Below are positions 49,333-54,189 of a DNA stretch of 54,189 bases, one piece after another. The number at the start of each line of letters is the position of its first letter. Positions within the stretch are counted from its first letter, which is position 1. The position numbers and the translations under genes are program-made. The notes beneath the pieces were generated by a model, which made no database searches, was not told where the DNA came from, and saw only the letters and a program-made list of their open reading frames with translations. This DNA is from a virus (taxonomy: Duplodnaviria; Caudoviricetes), in IMG/VR virus record IMGVR_UViG_3300040807_003078, positions 1-54,189 of that record; one strand, given 5' to 3'.

Positions 49333-49763
49333 AGATATTGATTATGGGTTTGCCAGGTTCAGGCAAGACAACTCTAGCAAAACATCTTGTACCGATGTTG
49401 AATGCTGTTTGGCTGAATGCTGACGCAGTGAGGAAACAAGCAGACGATTGGGATTTCTCAGAAGAGGGAAGGACCAGACAAGCAAATAGAATGAAAACAC
49501 TGGCACAAGAAACAGTAGCCAGAAACAGGGTAGTAGTGGCTGATTTCATATGTCCAACAGAAAGCACTAGGCAGGACTTTGACGCAGACTACACAATATG
49601 GATGGACACAATAAAGGAAGGCAGATTCGAGGACACAAATAAGATGTTTGAATCACCAACAGCATATGATTTCAAAGTCACGCACATAGAGGCGAATATG
49701 TGGGCGTACCTTATAAAACAAGACATAATAGACAAACACGGAAACCTAGGACCACACAGATGA
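49329..49763 (+). CDS. cysC: Adenylyl-sulfate (APS) kinase-like protein
   Basis: GTG start (GTGA overlap). P-loop GLPGSGKTT, NAD.VR...DWDFS.EGR, VVADFICP and FESP. Confidence 0.8.
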   Translation: MKILIMGLPGSGKTTLAKHLVPMLNAVWLNADAVRKQADDWDFSEEGRTRQANRMKTLAQETVARNRVVVADFICPTESTRQDFDADYTIWMDTIKEGRFEDTNKMFESPTAYDFKVTHIEANMWAYLIKQDIIDKHGNLGPHR

Positions 49764-51232
49764 GAATATTAGGAATAAATTGTATGAACCACGATGCCGC
49801 GATGGCCGTGGTGGATTACAGTTCAGGCACGGGTGAGATACTGTGGGCCGCACACGCAGAACGTTACAGCAAGGTCAAGAACGATCATTACCTTAATCAG
49901 AAGATAGTGGACGAGGCCAACACGTTTGGACCGTTTGACAAAGTGGTGTACTATGAGAAACCTTTACTTAAAAAGACGAGACAGTTGTACGCAGGCCAGT
50001 ACGGCATGGCCATGAGTTACACGGAGATGCCACAGTGGCATCTAGACCACTTTGGAATAAAGATAGACGAGTATGTCAAGCACCACGACTCACACGCCGC
50101 CGCAGGATACTTCACGTCACCGTTCAGGGACACAGGAGCAACAATTCTCACAGTGGACGCCATAGGGGAGTGGGACACCGTTTCCATATCAACAGCGGAT
50201 AAAAATCACCTAGAAAGAAAAGAGACGATCCAGTATCCGCACAGCATAGGAATACTGTACAGTGCATTCACACATCGTTGTGGACTCAAGCCTGCGGAAG
50301 AGGAATACATCCTGATGGGCATGGCCGCGTACGGAACGCCAAAGTACAAACAAAAGATATATGACGACTTTGTGGAGCAGTCACCTTTTAAACTTAAACA
50401 GAACCTACACAGGGGATTGAGTGACTGGGAACCAAACGCAGACGTGATGGACATAGCCGCCAGCATACAAGCAGTCACGGAAGAACTGCTCGCAGATCTA
50501 TGGAACAGAGCATCCAAGTATGGCAGTAAGAATTTGGTGTATGCGGGAGGTGTCGCCTTGAACTGTGCGGCCAACAGGGTTCTGGCAAACATGGGATTGT
50601 TCGACAACATATGGATCATACCAAATCCCGGTGATGCCGGATCAAGCCTAGGCTGTATTGCCGCACACCAGAAATTACACTTGAATTGGCAACACCCGTT
50701 CTTGGGACACAACATAGACGGAGAGTATCCAGTGGACAGTCTGATCAAGGAATTGAAGGAAAACAAAATGGTGGGAGTTGCAAGTGGCAGGGCAGAGTTT
50801 GGTCCACGGGCACTTGGTAATAGATCACTGTTGGCGGACCCTAGGGGTGAGGATATCAAGGATTTGGTAAACTCGATCAAGAAAAGACAGAAGTTCAGAC
50901 CATTCGCTCCGGCCATATTAGAGGAGGATGTACATGAGTATTTCACCCTACCTAAAGCAGTTCAAAACACCCCTTATATGCAATTTACAGCGGCGTGTAC
51001 TGCTGGTAAAGACTTCCCTGCTATAATACACCATGATCACACTTCCAGGGTTCAAACGGTGCGTAAGACGGACAATCCAGGCTTCCATGCACTGCTCACA
51101 GAATGGAAAAAACAGACAGGTTGCCCTATACTTTTGAACACCAGTTTGAACATAAAAGGACAACCAATCGTGAATGACAGAGAAGATGGTAAAGCGTTTA
51201 CCAACAAATACGGAGTAAAGGTACTAGGATGA
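49760..51232 (+). CDS. O-carbamoyltransferase, NodU/CmcH/TobZ family
   Basis: ILGIN..NHDAA, ERYSK.K, HHDSHAA, DAIGE, MGMAAYG, GGVALNC, GDAG, EFGPRALGNRS, FRPFAP and LLNTSLN. Confidence 0.95.
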   Translation: MRILGINCMNHDAAMAVVDYSSGTGEILWAAHAERYSKVKNDHYLNQKIVDEANTFGPFDKVVYYEKPLLKKTRQLYAGQYGMAMSYTEMPQWHLDHFGIKIDEYVKHHDSHAAAGYFTSPFRDTGATILTVDAIGEWDTVSISTADKNHLERKETIQYPHSIGILYSAFTHRCGLKPAEEEYILMGMAAYGTPKYKQKIYDDFVEQSPFKLKQNLHRGLSDWEPNADVMDIAASIQAVTEELLADLWNRASKYGSKNLVYAGGVALNCAANRVLANMGLFDNIWIIPNPGDAGSSLGCIAAHQKLHLNWQHPFLGHNIDGEYPVDSLIKELKENKMVGVASGRAEFGPRALGNRSLLADPRGEDIKDLVNSIKKRQKFRPFAPAILEEDVHEYFTLPKAVQNTPYMQFTAACTAGKDFPAIIHHDHTSRVQTVRKTDNPGFHALLTEWKKQTGCPILLNTSLNIKGQPIVNDREDGKAFTNKYGVKVLG

Positions 51233-52176
51233 GGAAAATAGTTGTAAAAGACCATGAGGTCCTGAACGTAAGTGAGTTGTTAGAGTGTCTGGCAAATGAT
51301 GTGAAATATTTTCTAATAGACGAAGGTGCCGATCTTGAAAAAGTAATGATTAGCGACTTGCCTCTAGTCAAATTACTCGCTGGCAAAGGGATCAACATTG
51401 AAACTTATAATTTAATTCAAAAAGATATAGATGGAATCACTATCACAAGGAACAATAAACTAGTGCCATTTTTCTATGCACAAAATAGTGCACCGGTATT
51501 CAAAAATCAAACGATCGAGAAACATTTTGGACTTTTTGTGAATACCAGCAGATGGCACCGTATGTTTTTGGCAAGTCATCTTTTCGAATATCACAAGGAT
51601 AAAAGTTTAATCACATTTAGACAATCAATAACAAATGATAAACAACCATGTAGGTTGTATCTGGATGATCTTTTTGAAAACACTTACAATCTTAACAGTA
51701 AAAAGTTTCTAGCACAGATAAACAATTTTATTTCAAACCTACCTTTAGAACTCACACAAGAACCAAATGATAACACTTGGGGTAATATCAATTCAAAAGA
51801 TACCTTTGTGCTGAATAAATTTTACAAGGAAATATTTGTTGACGTTGTATGTGAAACATGGCACGATGGCACGTGTTTCTACCCTACGGAAAAAACATCG
51901 AGACCAATGCTTTGCCACACACCATTTTTAGTGTACGGTGGAAAAAACTATTTGAAAAATTTAAGGAAAATTGGATTCAAAACTTTTTCGCAATGGTGGG
52001 ATGAATCCTACGACGATTATGCCGGCATTCAAAGGATATTGAAAATAGTCAGCATAGTCAATAGTTTGGCAAACAAACCAATAGAGGAACTTTCAAAAAT
52101 GTATTACGAGATGAAAGATACACTAGAATACAATTATAATTTTTACAGGAATTGTTCTGAAGTGGAGATTAAATGA
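51229..52176 (+). CDS. Putative GT-B glycosyltransferase (GT10-like TEK motif); AT-rich gene
   Basis: VVCET...YPTEKTSRP...PFLVYG...LRKIGFKTF..WDESYD resembles the EN..Y.TEK nucleotide-sugar-binding motif of GT10. Confidence 0.5.
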   Translation: MRKIVVKDHEVLNVSELLECLANDVKYFLIDEGADLEKVMISDLPLVKLLAGKGINIETYNLIQKDIDGITITRNNKLVPFFYAQNSAPVFKNQTIEKHFGLFVNTSRWHRMFLASHLFEYHKDKSLITFRQSITNDKQPCRLYLDDLFENTYNLNSKKFLAQINNFISNLPLELTQEPNDNTWGNINSKDTFVLNKFYKEIFVDVVCETWHDGTCFYPTEKTSRPMLCHTPFLVYGGKNYLKNLRKIGFKTFSQWWDESYDDYAGIQRILKIVSIVNSLANKPIEELSKMYYEMKDTLEYNYNFYRNCSEVEIK

Positions 52177-53114
52177 AAATATTAGTAACAGGCGGTAAAG
52201 GTTTTATTGGATCAAAGATAGTGGAAACACTATGCAATGAGCACGAGGTCACTGTGATTGACAACAGGGACAACTACGGTATCATGTCGGACGATGAACT
52301 AAAGGTATTGTACAAGTGGCGTGAACGTAATTGGAGTAAGGTCATAGATATAGACGGTGACATACTGGACAGGCTAGACTGTATAAAGGCATTCAAGCAC
52401 AGACCAGACATGGTCATACACCTGGCCACGTATCCAAGGGCAAAAATAGTCGAAGACGATCCAGTGGTGGGAGTGCCTAAAGTGATCAACGGTACAGTTA
52501 ACCTATTATGGCACAGCCGTCACTTCGGTGTGAAAAAATTTGTGTACGTGAGCAGTAGCATGGTCTACGGAAACTTCACTGATGGTACCAAGGAAGATGG
52601 CAACACCAAACCGATCAACATCTATGGTGAGGCCAAATTGACTGGAGAGCGTATCACAAAACTGTTTTCAGCGAGGCACGGTCTGAACTACAATATTGTG
52701 CGACCCAGCGGGGTCTATGGTCCTGGGGATATGCCAGACAGGGTGGTATCAAAATTCTTTGATAGGGCAATGGAGAACAGGTCCATCACACTACACAATG
52801 GCAACAACAAAGTGGACTTCACATATGTTGACGATGCGGTGGATGGTATTATAAAGGCTTCGTTCTCTGAAGTAGCAAACACCAGTTTCAACATAACCAC
52901 AGGCAATGCCACCAGTTTGAGAGAGTTGGCGGAGACTATTGTTGATATCACAGGCAGTGAATCTCACATAGAAGACATTGGTATGCAGTCTCTATACCCA
53001 CAACGTGGCACGTTAGACATATCCAGAGCAAAGGATTTACTGGGATATAGTCCACAACAGAATTTAAGACAAGGATTGATCAACTACTATGAATGGTTAC
53101 AAAATAAAATTTAA
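52173..53114 (+). CDS. NAD-dependent NDP-sugar epimerase/dehydratase (extended SDR)
   Basis: TGGKGFIG, VIHLA, YVSSSMVYG, YGEAK, VYGPG and DFTYVDD. Confidence 0.92.
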   Translation: MKILVTGGKGFIGSKIVETLCNEHEVTVIDNRDNYGIMSDDELKVLYKWRERNWSKVIDIDGDILDRLDCIKAFKHRPDMVIHLATYPRAKIVEDDPVVGVPKVINGTVNLLWHSRHFGVKKFVYVSSSMVYGNFTDGTKEDGNTKPINIYGEAKLTGERITKLFSARHGLNYNIVRPSGVYGPGDMPDRVVSKFFDRAMENRSITLHNGNNKVDFTYVDDAVDGIIKASFSEVANTSFNITTGNATSLRELAETIVDITGSESHIEDIGMQSLYPQRGTLDISRAKDLLGYSPQQNLRQGLINYYEWLQNKI

Positions 53115-54183
53115 CGGCACTGATAGAATATACGATTCCTTCAGTTGGAGGATCACACGTAAAGCAAAGGAAGTATGGAAATCAGGCATGCACGTTTCAA
53201 GCAATCACAAAGACGGTAGTGTTTTAGATACGTTCGAGAAGTCAGTGGCCAAGTATACCAAAAGGAAGTATGCCGTTGCCGTAGGCAGTGGCACAGACGC
53301 ACTTTACTTTTCTTTAAAGGCGAAGCACATTGGGCCAGGAAGCACCGTGTTGTGTCCAGCGGTTAGTTATTTTGCCACAGCAGAAGCAATCAAGAGGACA
53401 GGTGCCACCATACAGTTCGTTGATGTTGATACCAGAGGACTGATAGGACGTCTTCCCACGGTTGGCTTGCCTGATGCTGTGGTCTATGTGAATCTGTTTG
53501 GTAACCTTGCCGACTATGATAGACTGCGACTGTATTGCGACAAGTTTAAAATTCCGTTGATAGAGGACGCGGCACAGAGTCTTGGCAGTTCTTTCAAAAA
53601 AATTCCAAGTGGCAAACTCGGAGATATCAGTGCCCTCAGTTTCGCACCCAGTAAGCCTCTGCCTTGTTTCGGCAATGGCGGAATGGTACTCACGGACAAT
53701 GAAAAAGAAAGAGAGTTGATAAGGGGTCTAAGGTATCATTCAGTAGGTACAGGAAAACTTTCCTATGGTTACAACAGTTGTCTCAGCAACGATCACGCAA
53801 ACATTTTAAATTTCTTGTTGGGAAAGTACAGTACATTGATGTCCAAGACCAGGAAGGTACGTAAATGGTATGAAGAGAAATTTCTCGATATTGGAATAAA
53901 CTCCATACAGTCATCCAACAACACCATATCAAACAATCATAAACTTGTCGTAAGGGTACAGGACAGGCAAGGACTCAAGTCTTACCTAGACTCCAAAGGT
54001 ATACAAACCCAGGTTCATTATGCCTTGCCTATGAATAAAATGGCCATGTTTGACACAGAACAGCAAATGCCAGGAGCAGAAAAATTTTGTGAAAATGTCC
54101 TATCACTTCCTATACATCCTTATCTTAAAAAATCTGAGGTAATTTATATCTGTAAGTGTATCGGAGAGTACTATGGCATTTGA
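53089..54183 (+). CDS. DegT/DnrJ/EryC1/StrS PLP-dependent sugar aminotransferase
   Basis: SGTDAL, FVDVD, IEDAAQS.G, SFAPSKPL..FGNGG (PLP Lys) and LSLPIHP. Confidence 0.93.
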   Translation: MNGYKIKFNGTDRIYDSFSWRITRKAKEVWKSGMHVSSNHKDGSVLDTFEKSVAKYTKRKYAVAVGSGTDALYFSLKAKHIGPGSTVLCPAVSYFATAEAIKRTGATIQFVDVDTRGLIGRLPTVGLPDAVVYVNLFGNLADYDRLRLYCDKFKIPLIEDAAQSLGSSFKKIPSGKLGDISALSFAPSKPLPCFGNGGMVLTDNEKERELIRGLRYHSVGTGKLSYGYNSCLSNDHANILNFLLGKYSTLMSKTRKVRKWYEEKFLDIGINSIQSSNNTISNNHKLVVRVQDRQGLKSYLDSKGIQTQVHYALPMNKMAMFDTEQQMPGAEKFCENVLSLPIHPYLKKSEVIYICKCIGEYYGI

Positions 54184-54189
54184 TTGCGT
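54173..54189 (+). CDS. Probable start of the next gene, truncated by the window edge (MAFDC...)
   Basis: GGAGAG SD then an ATG overlapping the end of the aminotransferase. Confidence 0.35.

Noticed and set aside
50206-50946. 246-aa antisense ORF and the many other opposite-strand or nested ORFs
   Set aside because: They lie within well-supported genes and show no motifs; consistent with shadow ORFs.
1-54189. Stop-codon reassignment as seen in some large phages
   Set aside because: Long genes are intact in the standard code, and TAA, TAG (e.g. 11731, 30744) and TGA all end genes at sensible boundaries.

Overview
A 54-kb segment of a large T4-like (myovirus-type) tailed phage genome, densely coding and consistent with the standard genetic code. 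The first ~6 kb holds two paralogous unknown genes, a GIY-YIG nuclease and an Hc1-type histone-like gene. It also holds a minus-strand gp55 (late sigma)-gp47-gp46 block. From ~6.1 to 38.1 kb runs a plus-strand late baseplate/tail operon: tube/baseplate protein, gp53, hub, gp5 spike, gp25, gp6, a 4276-aa wedge/receptor protein and three paralogous fibre proteins. Inserted among the fibre genes is a Gly-rich adhesin with a C-terminal Hint domain, followed by an Asp/Asn hydroxylase, an SDR and a GNAT. From ~38.1 kb to the end is a tightly coupled tailoring locus: three GT-A-like glycosyltransferases, five tandem twitch/SPASM radical SAM paralogs, SGNH protein, a PFIY-ending micropeptide, a minimal malonyl-CoA-decarboxylase-like protein, a PagP-like barrel, APS kinase, O-carbamoyltransferase, GT10-like protein, NDP-sugar epimerase and DegT aminotransferase. 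The best candidates for undescribed systems are the Hint-adhesin enzyme cassette and the radical SAM/glycan tailoring locus. No tRNA, rRNA, CRISPR array or transposase was seen. All calls come from motif reading by eye, with no database searches.
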